In this document: piece by piece, positions 19,012 to 35,089 of the stretch | Position numbering within the stretch: the stretch's first letter is position 1 | Layout: each line of letters opens with the position of its first letter | Virus record (IMG/VR): IMGVR_UViG_3300033153_009093 | Span: 32,001 to 96,000 of that record | DNA length: 64,000 nucleotides | From: a virus | Direction: 5' to 3' (one strand) | Made by a program: the position numbers and the translations under genes | The notes under the pieces: model-generated | What the model saw: only the letters and a program-made list of their open reading frames with translations | Told to the model about the DNA's origin: nothing | The model's database searches: none

Positions 19012-22000
19012 ATGATACCACATTTATCAAAACTAACCAATATAAATGATCTTAATAATTTTGAACAATTATTTTCTTTCAAAAAATCAACGCAATTATT
19101 TATTATACCAAAAGTATATGATGAAAATAATCCTTATAAAAATGAATATAATGACGAATATTAGTTACTAATTTAGTGCGAATTGATAACTAGTGATACT
19201 GATTATTATAATTTTTTAAATAACTTTTTAACTGACACTGCAATATCTAATAAAGATTCTAACAATTTAGCATTATTTTCTATAGAAAATGATACTCTTA
19301 ATTTTGTAGATATGCATGTTTTAGAAACTGACAATAGAGCTAACTTTTCTATAAATTTAAAAACTGCACAAGATTTAATTATTGATGATATTAATGTTAT
19401 TGGTATATATTATACTCAACCAACATTTGTAACAATAAACGATGATATTATAAATAAAAATTATGGTGATATATTTACAGTATCAGTAAAACAATTAAGT
19501 TACGATGATTATAATAATAAATATACTAATCATTATATGTTTCCAGATTCTTAGGATGATTCTGAAGCGTCTAATCCTACAAATTTTGTATTGCCCCGTG
19601 ATATCAGTGATGATTATTATAAAGGTTCATATAATACAAGAACCACTTTACCAGATGAAAAATCCTAGTTAAGTTATAGCTCTGATAATTTTAATACTAA
19701 AGATAGAATAAAACAATATAGAACAGAGTACTTTGACCATGTAATACCTGATATAAATAATGATCAAAATATTGCAATAGCCTATAAAACAATTCCTATA
19801 GCACCTTATATGAATATAGATATTTATATAAACGGTATTTTGAATGAGTATAAATTAAATAATATAACATCTATTCAGTAGATAGATAATAAAATTTTTC
19901 AAATCGTTAAAGATGGTATACTATATAAATGTAATATGCATTGGGAATCTGGTACATTTTACAATTTAATCGAATTAGAAAACTTAAATATTTATTTAAA
20001 TGGCTTATTAAAATATCACAATAATATAATAAAATACGGCAGTAATATAATAAGCGAAAAATAGTCTTTTGGATATGGCAATAGTACTTATGATGATTGT
20101 AACATTTATATAAATGATCAAGAATTTTCTGAAAGTAATTCGGTATAGGGTACTGGATCTTATTATATAACACATAGTAATATTTATAAATTTGGAATGG
20201 ATATGATACAGCCTGTATTATACGAATTTAAAAATTTTATTATATTTCCTCGAAAACGATCAATATTACCTATAAATATAAAAGATTCTTATTAGAAAAA
20301 AACAGTATATAATGAAAATGATTCAGTTTATGTTGCTAATAGAGAAGAGGATTCTATTATTAAAATAAACAATTTTAATAATATTAAACTATTAGAAAAT
20401 GATGCCAAACTAATATCTGAATCAGGAACTAATGCTTTTTATAAAATGAAATCCAATTTAGCATTTGAACAATTATCCGATGATATTTCTTTAATAACAA
20501 TATATAATAATATCGGAGATGTAAACGGTGCGTTTAAAAATGCAAATGAAGATTCAACTAACAATATATTTTTAAAAATTGATGATTATGATTATGATTT
20601 AACAACAGAAAATATAACCTTAGAGTTAAATATAGATTATTCTGAAATAAAACAATTTTTACAAAATGATAAATTTATTAAATTATTAAATAATAATAAT
20701 AGTTATTATTTAAAATAGAATAATTATCTTTTTAATTCGATAACGGAATTAAAAAATAATTTTATGGATATTCTAAATAATAATTTTAATTTGGATGAGA
20801 TAAATTTGTCAACATAGACAACAGAAAATAGTAATTATATAGATAATATCATAGGTATTCAAGATACTATAGATTCTGATATATTTGCTATTAGCAATAA
20901 TACTGAACAACTTAAATTAGGTTATAATTTTATAGAGTTAAATTCATCTTTAAATTCTATAACGAATTTAACTAATCATAAATCAGAATTTAAAATTGAT
21001 CAATTTATAACTTCAGATGGTACAATATATCAAGAAAATGAGATAAATTATAAACTATATAATATTAATACGGATATATCATTTAAATTAATAATTACTG
21101 CTGAAAAAGAATTAGCGGAAAATTATATCAATGATAAGATTATTAATATTGAATATACTATTGAAGATATTAATCAATGTGAGACATCATATATAGTAAA
21201 TAAAAATTTAGAAGATTTATCAAATATTACACATGATACGACTACTATAAATTTTATAAATGATAATACATCTATTACATTATCAAATATTGATAGCACT
21301 TCAATAACATTTGAAGAAAATATAAATTTAAATGAAGAAATCATTCTTAATAAAGATGAAACTTTAAATATCGATATAACTCTTTCTAATTTTAATTTAG
21401 ATAAAGATATTAATCATTATGATATATTTTCAAGTTATAAATATAATGATTTTATTGATATTCATATTAAAGATGATTATTATAATCATAATATTTACCA
21501 TTTGGATTTAATAGGAAAAACTTTTAACACTTATAAAGTTAATTTATCTAATGAATATAAATTTTATACATTTGGAAATTTACCAAAAAAATGCAAAACA
21601 TAGTTATCAACTTAGTATGATTATGATGAAAATAATACTATAAATGAATTTTATGGTAATTATAATAATGCAATTCTATATAATTTAATGGAACAAAATT
21701 CAGCGAAGTATTTTATAGAAAGATATATAGCAAATGAAGCGTTCACTGAACCCGATAGTAATAATACTCCTTGTGATGCATATTATATAAAACAAAATGA
21801 TACCGATTTAGGCACCCTTCCTACATCGCAATCAATTGATGTATAGCCGGTAGATAAAGAGGCTCATACATTGTTTATTAATGCCGCTGTAAATGATTTA
21901 ATAGATGGTGGTAATACTATGTATACAGATTATGAATAGCGATACTATTTAGCTAAATATGGCGTTAATTATGGTGCTATATTAAATGGAGTATCGTCCA

Positions 22001-22773
22001 CTGAATAGATTGTAGGTAATACTATAAAGCCTATAACATAGTAGGTTGATAACGATGCTCAGTTATTTGATAAAGATAACTGCAATGGTTATAATGTTTA
22101 TAATTATTATGATAATACGACCTCTAACAATTTATGTTTCACTTTTAATAAATATTCCGACTCTACTAATCAAATAGAATCATCTTACATTGATTCCACT
22201 AGTATAGATACAATAGAATATGAAAATAGAATAAATGAATACTTCAGTAATGGTTATCCTATTAATAAAAATTTTGATTACGGCAGTCCATTATTAAATG
22301 ATTATAAAAATAAAACTGGAGTAATATATTTTTGCGATTTTTCTTCTCGTTCAATACATCAATCATATGGTGGTACTTTATAGAATCATATTATTGATTT
22401 TGATTACGAACTTCATTCAAATGAAATAGAATTTTTGTCAAATAATTTAACAGATATATTAACTAAAATATATAATGAAAAAAGAAAAATGGGACAAATT
22501 GTAATAGATAATGATTTCAAATATAAATATATTGAATGCGGGTCGTATATTTATGATATCCCTCGATCCTCTATGAATATTAAATTAGAAAGAAAACATT
22601 CAACTATAACAGTGTATATAAATGATATTATTGTAGATGAAATACTTACTAATGATGATAAATCATACATTTCTAATATTATAAATTAGGGCAATATATA
22701 GGCCGGAAATAAGACTATTAATATGTATAAAACTATAAACATAGTAACAAAAAAATCAGGATTATGGTGTTAA
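19012..22773 (+). CDS. 1253-aa probable tail/baseplate structural protein (20 in-frame TAG)
   Basis: Frame 1 is open from ATG 19012 to TAA 22771 except for TAG; absorbs track ORFs 19183, 20446 and 22435. Confidence 0.82.
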
Positions 22774-22774
22774 T

Positions 22775-23896
22775 ATGATAAAAAGGTCATTTTATGATTT
22801 TAAAAATCAATTTACAAATGAATCTATAGATAATGTAAAAGTGCCTTATAATGTTCTTTTAAAAAGTTTTAATACAGATGTAACCACATATGATGATATA
22901 TTAAATTATTTTGATATAGATATTTCTTCTGATGGTACTAATATATCTTGTGACATTACACAAAAGGAAGATACTAGTTATATATACCCTGAACCAATTA
23001 TTTATGATTTTTCAATACCTAATGAAATTGATTATATATATGATTAGTATCCGGCTTCAGATGATCCTCAATCTCATTAGATAGGGGTAAAATTACCTTC
23101 AGATAATACCTCTGTGTTAATAAATAAACCTTTTAAAGATACTACAATTACATTATCAGAGACAAGAAAGATGCACCCTACGCCATCTATCGAAATGTAG
23201 TATTCTTCATATAATGACCATTTAATATTACCTAAAGAAGAATTGGTATAGGATGAAAATTTTACAGAATTCGCAACTGATATTTATAAATTCGCAAATG
23301 ATACAACAAAAACTGAATATGCTCATAAATATGAATTATATTTATTTAATCCATCTACATTACTTTCATTAAATAAAAATTTTAAGTTTGGGTTTCATTT
23401 TGATTCTAGTTTATTAGGTGTAAAAAATACTAATGATTTTCAATGGAATCCTAATAAAAAATACTAGCCAAATAATACTAATGTCACAAATGATATAATT
23501 GGCAGTTATTATGATTATGATTCTAATTATAAACTAAATGGATAGTTATTAATAAATAGTGATATTACATCTTATATTGGTTCTTATAACTTAAACATAG
23601 ATACTACTGTAATTATAGATAGTGAAAATTATAAAATAAATAGAGCACATGTACCACCTATGAGATATTTAAGTATTGGGGATTTTGATACTGATGAACC
23701 TGAAAACTATTATCAACCAATTATTGCTTTTAATGATAAAAATAATTATAGACATGTTAAAATTGAACACGAAAATCATAGTCAATTTACCGAAACGACT
23801 GGTATAAATGCTATTTTAAATTCATTAAAGAATGAAACTCATAGTGAATTTTTAGTTGAATTTGATGGATATAATGAAGTAATAGAATTAAATTAA
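22775..23896 (+). CDS. 373-aa structural-type protein (TAG-recoded)
   Basis: ATG 1 nt after the previous stop; joins 22775..23047 and 23660..23896. Confidence 0.8.
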
Positions 23897-23924
23897 TTTT
23901 TAAATAAAGAAGGGTTATATATTC

Positions 23925-26711
23925 ATGTCAAATATAAACTATGATAAAGATATTTTAATTTATCCTATAACAAATAATTTATCAGATATAACTAATACTG
24001 ATATTACAACATCACATGCTATAAACGTTAATATTCTTAGTTTAGTTAATAGTACTGGAATAGCTATTTATAAAGATAATACTTAGGTATTTAAAGATTT
24101 CAATAATGAAATTGAAAACAAATAGATATTTAATGATAGCACAAATACTGACATGACAGTATATTCCTATAATATTTATAATATATTTATTGATGATACA
24201 GAAAATATTAAAGCATATTTATATAACAATAAACGAAAAAAGATCAGTGATATATTTGAAAAAAATATTAATATAGATTATAAAATAACAATAGATATTA
24301 CTGGAATAGATTTATCTGATCCGAAAAATTATGAATTGGATAGTACAATTGTATTGGATACAACTTCATAGATAGATAATACAGTAATAATAAAGCATGT
24401 ATCAGGTATGTATAATAGAAAATATCAAATGGATTCATATACTAATATATATGAGTTTACAACTTCTGATTCGACCAATTTAGTTTATAATTTGTATCAA
24501 GATTCAGATAATAGATTATTTGATTACAATAACAATCTTACTTTATATGTAACAGATTCGACAGGTAATCAAGTTTCAAATAAACTAGAAAAAAATTATT
24601 TAATAAAACATATAAACTGCGAAACTCCTTTAATGTCACCTATTGTGTCGGAATATATTAATTATAATACTTAGAATGCGAGTCCAACTAATTCGAATAC
24701 ATATGAAGGTGATTGGCATAGTTGTTGTGTATATACAAAATATATGAACTTAACAATTCAACCTTATGGTACTTTTCAAAAAAATCTTAAATATTTCGAT
24801 ATTTATAATAATTATAACTCAACCGGAGCAATAAATTTAACATATAATGTCCCTTTATTAATAACTTCATATTTATCGCAAGGTGATAATTGGGATGAAA
24901 ATGTAAGCGGTGAATTAGATACAACCGATACAATTATAGAACATGATATTCATCCTTCTAATATTTATAATAATCATAATCTCATAAACTATAGCGAAAA
25001 TTCTATATTTTTATAGTTTAAATAGAATGATAATATTACGTCATATAATTATGATGATAATATGCATTCTTTAAGAATTAGAAATAATAGAGAAGGAAAT
25101 TTAGATTTGGTATATTTTCCTAATGACTATAATAATACTCCTACTTATTTTGATGATCATACTGACACTGGCGCATATGGTGAGGAAAATATATCTGGGC
25201 CAGAGTAGTATACTACGTCCAATTTTATAGAATAGAGGAAATATAATTTACAGTATAATAACTGGGATAACATAAATGAAGAAGTTATAATTGATTCATC
25301 TTATGAATAGAAATATTCTGAGCAACAATATTATTAGTAGGAAAGTAGAATACCAATAATGTTACGAATTGAAACTAATCACAAGGTAAGATTTAAATTA
25401 GAAATGAATGGAGCGGAAGATTTTGATGATAGAATTAATAATTTAATAGATATTGTAATAAATCCTAATGAACCTTTCGAATTAAGACAATCAGAAGATT
25501 TTTATATTAATCCATATACTTATTATTTTGTAACTTTTTAGTTTGAATTATTAGATACCACTACTATAAGTTTAGAAACCGCTCAAGATATAGAATTTAA
25601 TGTGTAGTTAACTCCTATTAGAGATGATAGATTATATATAATAAAAGATGATATATCTTTTCAACACGGAGATGAAATAGAATAGTTTTCGTTACAAGGT
25701 GAAGTTCACCATGATCCAGAATATATATATAATATATCTAATATAAATAAAATGACAATGGATGATACTATAAAATGTAATGATCCTTATATAAAATTTG
25801 ATAAAGGTACTAATGATTTAAGTATTTTGATGACAGAATTTTCTTCAAATGATACAACTTCTAATGTATCATTAAATTTTAGAACTTATAACATTGATGC
25901 TACATCTATTCCTGATTTTACTAATGTAAACGATTTAAATATTGGTGATATTGTACATGTATATGGATATAATTTAAACGAAACTTATATAGTTGAAAGT
26001 TATATTGTCCCTGATAATACTAATATAACTCAAAGTGAAGTTTATAAAATTTCTTTTAAAACTGCAACAGGTGTATGTTCTACTCCGGTAGTTGTTAGAG
26101 ATGATGAATATGGAGAATAGACTATAACTTGCATTGGGGATTGTAGGCCGTCATATACGTATGTAACGAGCAATTATGCTGATGGTAATACAATGCACCA
26201 TATTACATACCAAGACGGTTTAAATGTCGCTCAAGGCGAACCAGTCGAAGTATTGACAGTTCATCCTAATACTAATAGAGGATGTAATGTATATATGGAT
26301 AACACAGAAGCAATAGTGTGCATGGCACCATATGCAATAAGATATGACACAGAACAAACCGGTGTATTTTTTGCATTTTCTTGTATAGGTGATGATTTAT
26401 CATATGCTTCATCTGAAGTTATAGAAAGTGAAAATTACCCTGATCAAAGTATGTGCCCTGTAGGTAATTTGTATTATTATTATGCAGGTAGAACATCGTA
26501 GAAATGGTATGAGCATAATTATGCGAGAGGAATAGGATCTTATAACGCAACAAGATATTATCGAAAAAATGAAGGCTCTTAGATAAATTCAGGGACAAGC
26601 TCTTATTCATATTTATCGGTAAGTTTAAATGATACAATTGAAGTTATGCAACAAGATACATATTCAAATTATGACCATTCATGGTCAATTAAAAAGAAAC
26701 GATAGGCGTAA
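23925..26711 (+). CDS. 928-aa structural-type protein (TAG-recoded)
   Basis: Frame 3, RBS AGAAGGG; joins six track ORFs. Contexts DNT*VF, NK*IF, PE*YT, GE*TI, GS*IN. Confidence 0.82.
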
Positions 26712-26713
26712 TA

Positions 26714-29700
26714 ATGGACTCTACTATATTAAACAATACAACAGTATATGCCGTAAATTGTAATGAGATTTATAATTATTCTCCAAAAAGAAAAATCGAA
26801 GTAATTAATGATAATAATAATTTATCTCCTTATGATAAAAACTTCACATATTTAGTAACGTTTCACCCTATAAGTCCATACTCTTAGGATCAAACGGGTA
26901 CCGATCATTTATCACCTAATGATATAAAATGTATAGATACTAATTTTGTAAACGTTGAAGATTATCATTATTTGAATAATGATGCGTTTGAATAGTGGAA
27001 TGATTCAACAGAGTCTTTATATCCTATTTTAAATTATGATACCACATGCAATTACAATAATGCTTCATTAAACACTGGAGATTTTTTAAATTGTTTTTCA
27101 TTATTTATCTATAAAAAGAAACTACATTAGGTGATAAATGATAGTACATCATATCCGGCATTAGTTCATTGTAAAATTGATTTGGATGATATAGAGTTGC
27201 AACATCATAAATATTATCATACAATATTAACCAGAAATGATAATATTTACACTATGCATTTAATTCTCGATAAATATTCTTTGTTTTCCACTTATGACCC
27301 TGAACATATTTATAGATTGCCATATGAAAGACATAATACATCTACAGATAAAATATCTGATGATATAACCACAATAGAAGCTGACACCATTGCTAATGTC
27401 GCAATAGTTAATACAAATGAAGAATATGCTATTGATTTTACATATGATAATAATGAAAGATATATAGAATTTACATTAGATGAAACTTGCGATTTAGTAA
27501 TAGAACTATTACCAGACGAAAGGCATAAACATATGAGCTGTCAGGTAGATGAACATTATAGTCCTATTAACTCTACTTCATATGGAGGTATTGGGTTAGA
27601 TGGTCATAATTAGAGTTCTATAACAAATATCGATACTTTAATTGATGAAGAAACAAATAATATCTCAAAATCTTCCGAAAGTGGCAGATTTACTACATTT
27701 TTAAATTTATCACCCGGTAAATATAAATTTATAATATATGTCCCTTTTAATTATGAAAACTATCCTGATGTAGCATTTTAGGAATATAGTTTTTATAATA
27801 CTAATACTGACTATAATTCATTTTATAATAAGCCCGAAAGTGTATCTTTTAAAATATATAAAGAAAATAAAAAAGAAAATAGCTATTTTAATTGGAATTA
27901 TAATTATAAAACTGATACTGTTATTTTATCAGAAAATATCAATATATCTGAAATAATAAATGATAATAAATTAGTTTATGGTTATTTAGAAAGATATCCT
28001 CAAAATATACTAAATAATAATTTATTATATAAAAATTCTTTTAAAGGTTATATTACTGAAACTTCATATTATAGAGATCAAGTATATTTAAGAAAATTTA
28101 ATAATACTATACCATTTAACAGTTTTCAATATATAACCGATTATACCGCTTCTTATAATGAAAATTTAAATCAATATAATTTAATTAGACCTGATTTTGA
28201 AAATATTATTAATAACCCTGACACCGAAACACCTTTTTCAAATCAAAATAATATGAAAGCTGTAATCAATAATAATAATAAAATACCTTTAAAATCTTAT
28301 TTTAATATTATTGAAAATAGTAATTATTCAACAGAATATAATGTTACTTAGGCAAGGCATATCTACGGGGCGGATGAAGATGAATGTTCAATGCCAAGAG
28401 TCGAATATTTTACAAATTTTATCATTGATGACATTATTTTAATAGATGAAAGTGTAATAGATACTAATATAATAAATAATGCATCTAATAAAATTACACA
28501 TATAGAATATCCCAGAACGATTGATTCAAGTTCAAATATCGAATATACCGGCAATGACATTGTTATTAATAACAAAACATTATTAATATTTACATTTGAT
28601 ATTATGAAAAATTTAATTTCCTCTAATGGTTATACTGTATATGATCAGACAAAATTTTTAATGACATCAAATTATATATTAGAAGAATATGATGAAAATA
28701 AAACATATCAATCGTATATTGATAGTACTGACAATTACATTCAACCGATAGATTTAACTATCAACGGTTTAAAGAAATTAGATATTTTAAATTCTTTAAA
28801 CAATTATATTAATACTGTTAAGGATTCTACAAATAATTTATTTGTAACAAAATTTATTATTCAATGTTTTCGAGATTCAAGATATATGTTTATGTATAAA
28901 ATATCCAATAAAACATTATTAACAGATCGAAATAATTATTATGATTATCAATTAGATGGTAAATGCATTACTTCATCTGATTTGTTTAATCCTGTATTTG
29001 ATAATATTATATCGCCTTATCATACGAATTTTGATTATAGGATGTCATTTTCTCCTTCCTATATATCAGGATATTAGTATACAAAAAAACCTGAAAGATA
29101 GAAAGGTTTTACAGGTAATCATTATGTATATAATGGATTTTATTATTCAACAGAGGTGTAGGAAGGAGAAAAAACTATAGTATTATTATATTCTAATGAT
29201 TTATATGATGAGGATTTTGATCCAGTTCCATTAGATAAAATTTATAAATTAACTACACCTGATTATTTGTCAACCTCTTAGGATGATATTTATTTAAATA
29301 ATTTAAGTTATGATGAAATACATATAACAGATTTAAATAAAACAGTATATCTAAAAATGAAAGTGGATGATTATATTAATAAATATGGAAATTTACTTTC
29401 AAAATATATAGAAAGCGAACTATATGAAGATGGAACAGTATTAGCTAATTTTTCTTATGATCCAAATAAACATTATTATATTGAATTATATGACTCAACT
29501 ATTAATGATAATATTGTAGTAGGTGATTTTTAGCATTTTCAGGGGTCAAAAAAAACTAGAATTCCAAATTATGAAATAACCGAAGTTGATAGCACAACGT
29601 ATAAAGTAGATTATACCAATGTAAATACTAACGATATAAATTTATATATTGCATTAGATTTCACTGATCCTATATCTGATAAAAGTAAATTAAATTAGGC

Positions 29701-30085
29701 ATTAGCGTTATTTGAATATGGTCATAATTTTGAGATGGAAAATGGTTATTGTCATACATTACCTACAATAAAAACTGATGGTAAAAAAGATTTATTTCAA
29801 TTAAAATATGAAGAAGAATTTAATGATTATTAGGCATTTTATTAGTAGTACCCTTTAATAAAGCATGATATTGTTTCAAGGCAAAATGATTATAGTAATT
29901 CATATATGTACAATTTAATAGAATAGTATAATTATGAAATTGGAAATTCTTCTATAGGTTCCTATGATGATACATATAATGAATTTGTGATAACAGCATA
30001 GTCTACTTAGGGTTATATAGATTAGTTTTTTTCTAAAATAAACGTTGTTTATGATAACGATAAACGAATTATTACAGATTTTTAA
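26714..30085 (+). CDS. 1123-aa structural-type protein (TAG-recoded)
   Basis: Frame 2 from ATG 2 nt after the previous TAA. Contexts GY*YTKKPER*KG, TS*DDI, TA*ST*GYID*FF. Confidence 0.82.
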
Positions 30086-30107
30086 TAAAAAATTAAATGG
30101 TTTTTAA

Positions 30108-32423
30108 ATGAAAAATTTAAGAAATATTCCTTCAAATATATATTTTTCAAATTTATTATCTGATATAGAAAATAAAGATTGTACCTCTGTATTTAAACTA
30201 AATAATAAAAATTATTTAGATATAACTATTCCTGTTTCCGAATTATTGCAAAATAATAATAAAGCGATAACTAATAGGCATATTCCTATACAAGATGACA
30301 ATACTTATAATGCCTTTTATCAATATTATAATTATACTGACAATGATATAAAAGCAATCCCTGACATAAAAAATGAATATCCGGTCACTTCTTAGTATCC
30401 TGAGAATCATTCTGATTAGGTAGGGTCGGATGGTACTATTGCAATTGATATGAAAGACTATCCGGTTGATAATTTAGAATTGACATTGTATAATAGTTAT
30501 AATACGGTACCTAAAGAATAGTAGGATGATAGTCCACAAAATTATATATCCACATTAAGAAATATATCAGGAGCGGAAACTTTAAATGGTTTTAAAATTG
30601 TAAATGATAGTTCCTTTGATACTCATAGTAAATTAGCAAATTATGATTATTAGGTTAATAAATATTCTTATAGCTATACTTATAATAATATGTATAATCC
30701 AGTAAATCTTTATGAATTAGAACCGGGGTATTTTGATATATCATGTTCTAGTTACGCAATGAAGAATCATATATCAAAGTAGGATGAAGAAGGTTTATAT
30801 ATTTATTATAAACTTATTGACACTAAAGAAATAAGTAAAAATAATGATATTTTTGAATAGGATATTTCTTATAATTTTAATGATAAACAGTAGATAAATA
30901 CTATTCAAGGATTTTTATATAACTTTAAATAGTATGCAGTTGATGAAAGTAGAATTTCTACTCCTGTATATGATAGAAATTATTATGGCACATTTAATTA
31001 TCTCCATTGTGATACTTCGTATTTTTTAAATGATTATAATGAAGATACTGATCATTTTGATGAGGTAATTTTAACAGCATATTCATTTAACGAAACATTA
31101 AATGAATAGATACCTATAGGAAATCGTAGTTTATTTTCCCCTGATGTAATTGATTTAGAAAAATTATTACCAATTAAACCAACATATACAAATAAAATAA
31201 AACTGACTATAACTCAAAAATATACATTTGATGGAGTTGAAACTGACAATACTGCATTACTTGACGATATCGTTTTTAAGAATATAAATGGCGAATTGAT
31301 AAATGAAAAGTATGCGGTAGATAAAATTACCAATACATTACAATATAAAAGATGTGCAGCATGTAGTAAATTTTTACCCGGCTTTAATATTGATTTATTG
31401 AATAATAATAAAAGTGTATTTCATACTCAATATGATAATAAAACATTTGCCCGTTTCAAAGATTATGAAATAGTAGTACCTTTCACCTCTTTTATTACAG
31501 AAAGATTATTTATAAAAGATAATGATTATTATCCCTATTTATATGATGTAAATTATAATGATAATAATTTACAATTTTATGTAAACTCAGATAGTTACAA
31601 ACATAGTGATATTTTATATAAAGGTATTAATAATATAGATGTATTATTAGTAACTTACGATTATAATAATATTATAGATTACAATGATTCAACTATTATA
31701 GAGTCCTACAATTATAATAATATTAATAATAAAATTATTTCTGATTTCACAACAGATATCAGTTCCGTTATTGATAATTATTTTATTAATATTAGATTAA
31801 ATTATCAACAGAGTATAGAAAACATTGTAAATTTTATGACTAAACTAAACTATTATACTGATGTATATAATAATTATGATTATGATTTTAAAATACCTCA
31901 AATAAATAGTATTACGGCAATTAAAAGAATTCTTACATATAAATATGACAATGACTCAACAGTGACAAAAGAAATAACAAAGGAAAATACTAATAATATT
32001 TTCATTAATAAAAATATTAATGAAATATTATTAAATAATTCTAAAGATATTTCAGAAATATATATTCAAATTTCTGAAATATCTAATAATAATATAATAA
32101 ATGAAAAGTGGTTTGACGGAACAACTTATGTAAGCTCTTTTAATGAATCATTTCCTTATTCATTAAATAATGGTTTAAATGCAATAACATTTACAGATTT
32201 TACAGCTAATGAAAATACTGATTATATATTAATATTTATAACAAATAATAATTGCAATTAGTCAACGTCTTTTGATTATACAGATACTGTTAAAATGAAT
32301 ATGTCATATAATATTCCTATAGAATTTACATTGGCCGATATAAATTCTATTTCAGAGGTAGAGGTTATACTTCAAAACGTTGATATATTTGCTTATAAAA
32401 TATAGTATATAAAAAAGGTTTAA
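30108..32423 (+). CDS. 771-aa structural-type protein (TAG-recoded)
   Basis: Frame 3; joins 30108..30395 and 31296..32261; TAATG overlap with the next gene. Confidence 0.82.
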
Positions 32424-35089
32424 TGATGTTTTATCCTAATAAAATAAAAGAAGCACCGAAATCTAATATTAATGAATATTAGATAAATACTATAGAACTT
32501 TTCCCGATAGATTCAATTGATAATGATTTTATAATTGATAATGATTTTATAAATCGATATTATAAAAACTGCAATAAAGTTATCAGAGTAAATGAATTAT
32601 TTGATAAATATTTAAAATGTATCGGTGTAAATCAAATTACATCGGAGGAAGAATTTGAATTTTACGAAGAACTGGATAATATACCTTTAACTAAAAAATA
32701 TTATTATAAATTAAATGCTATTAATAGCATTGATTCTTCATCTAATTATTATAATATCAATCTTGATATAGATATATATGATTTAATTTATAATAATTAT
32801 TTAAAACATAATCTATATAGTAATGGATATTTAACTAATGATGAGTATTTAAACTCTTTAATATTAAATTCAACCATAAATTTAAATATTATATTTGATA
32901 AAAATTTATTTTTCGATTATGCAGAATGTATAGCGTATGTAAACTCTTCCAAATTTGAAACAGATTTTTTAGGTCATATAAATTGTATCCTATTCAATGA
33001 TACTATTACATATAACATTATCAATGAAAATATTACTTTAAATATTATATCAGATATTTTCTTTGAAAATAAATTTATATTAAATGTTAATGATAATGAT
33101 TTTTATATAGAGGGTGAAATAGAATCGTTATTATTTGAGCTTACTAATATTATTAGTGATTCGACAATAAATAATATGGAATTAAATATATCCTATACAC
33201 CTTTTTATAAAAACTTAATGTTTTTAAAACGTTACGATGTTGATAATTTAAGTATTATATTTGATATGATTTTTTTAACTAATTTTATTCCTGTAATCCA
33301 AGGAGATGTTGAATATAATAATTTATCTTTAGGTAATGATTATTTTTTAAAATCTTATAAATATTAGAACTCTGCGAAATTATCTAATAAAAAGAATTTT
33401 GTGACCGCAAAAAATTATACACAGAATTTGTTTAATAATATTTATTAGGTAGAAACCATTGATAATAATAATGTAGGCGTTATTAATATATATTCTTTAA
33501 TAAACAATGAACCTATTATAGTTCAACGATATCCATTTTCAAATATAGAAGAAAAATTTAAAATAGCCACTGTGTTAGAACATAATATTTCTATTCATAA
33601 TGTTAATGAGTATATGGCTAATGAAAATATTTTTATTGAATATGACTATACAGGAGGTGGTAGTTTTGAAGATATCAGTATTGAAGATCAATGGGATTAT
33701 ATTGATATTGATTCTCGTAATTTAAAAATTAATACTAATACTAAATTAAACAGTTTTGAAAATAATGGAAATATAACACATACTGAAAATATTAGTGATG
33801 ATCATATTCCCTATCATGGTGATAATAATAATATTACAAATACTTACGGGAGTTTTGAAAATAATATTAAATTTATTAATAGTTGTATCAATTCAACTGA
33901 AATGCAAGGCGATTTATTAATATGTACTTTCAATGGATATACGTCTGTCTTGGATGAAGAAAGGTCAATGGCTGGGAATGTGCCATGTATAAATAATTCC
34001 AATATTTCTCAATCAATTTTAACGAAGTTAAATAATAATTCAAATGAATTCACTTTTGTTTTTCTTACAAATAAGTAGGGATTTAAAAATAATTATTTTA
34101 AAATTGGCAATTTTTAGAAAAATGTCTATGGAAAAATAATTATAATGGAAAAAGAATTAGATTCTATTAATGATATGGTATATCATGTAGATATAGATAC
34201 TTAGGATAATACAGGTTCCTATGATTCTATTTTACATATAATAAAATATAATGATGGTAATTTAAATTATACTGCTTACAATGACAGTACATTATACGCA
34301 TCATTAGATTTGACATCCGTAGATATATCCAATTGTAATATATCTTCATTTAATATTTATAACCATAAAAAAACAATAAACAATACTTCATATACTGACA
34401 GCAGTATAATTGACCCAACTTATGAAGATATAAAATATTATTGTAATACTGTAAATTTAGAAACTCCGATAGAAGGAACAAAGTATAATATAGACATTGA
34501 TCAATATAGAAAAAATTTATCAATACCTGCTGAATACGGAGTATATTCTAATTTTCCCACTGATAAGCATAGTAATTAGGATAATTTTCCTGTGATGATT
34601 TTTGAATTAACTATTCCATCTGATTGCAGTTCATGTAAAATAACATATGACAAATTTCAAGAATCAGTGTTATACTTTTATGAAGGGTCTTTTCCTGATA
34701 ATGTGGATCTAACTTATAATTTCGGAGACTTTTTTGAGTCTGAAGATTTTTCCAATTAGGAAATAATATCAGGCAGAGGAGGAGAAACGATAACTATTAT
34801 TATAAAAGATAAATATTATAGAGAATTAGATATAGATGGAAATTTTTATTTAACAATAGAATATAATGGAGTTTCATATACTGCTGAAAAAGTATTACCT
34901 TCCCCTTATGGAAAAAATAAATAGATATCAGATAAAGGTTTAGATTTACATAAAACTAAAACTGATGAATTTATGGCTGTAGGAAAATATCATATATATA
35001 ATCAATGCATTTCCGATTAGAGAATAGATAAAATAAAGCAGTGTTATGTAAATAATAAATTGTATAACACTGCTTTATTTATAGATTAA
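32423..35089 (+). CDS. 888-aa structural-type protein (TAG-recoded)
   Basis: Frame 2; joins 33176, 33572 and 34310; its TAA overlaps the converging gene's TAA (TTAA). Confidence 0.82.

Noticed and set aside
26688-26716. AAAAAG run as a -1 frameshift fusing 23925..26711 with 26714..30085
   Set aside because: The heptamer is T-AAA-AAG, not A-AAA-AAG; the -1 frame has TAA at that spot; and the next gene has its own ATG 2 nt after the stop.
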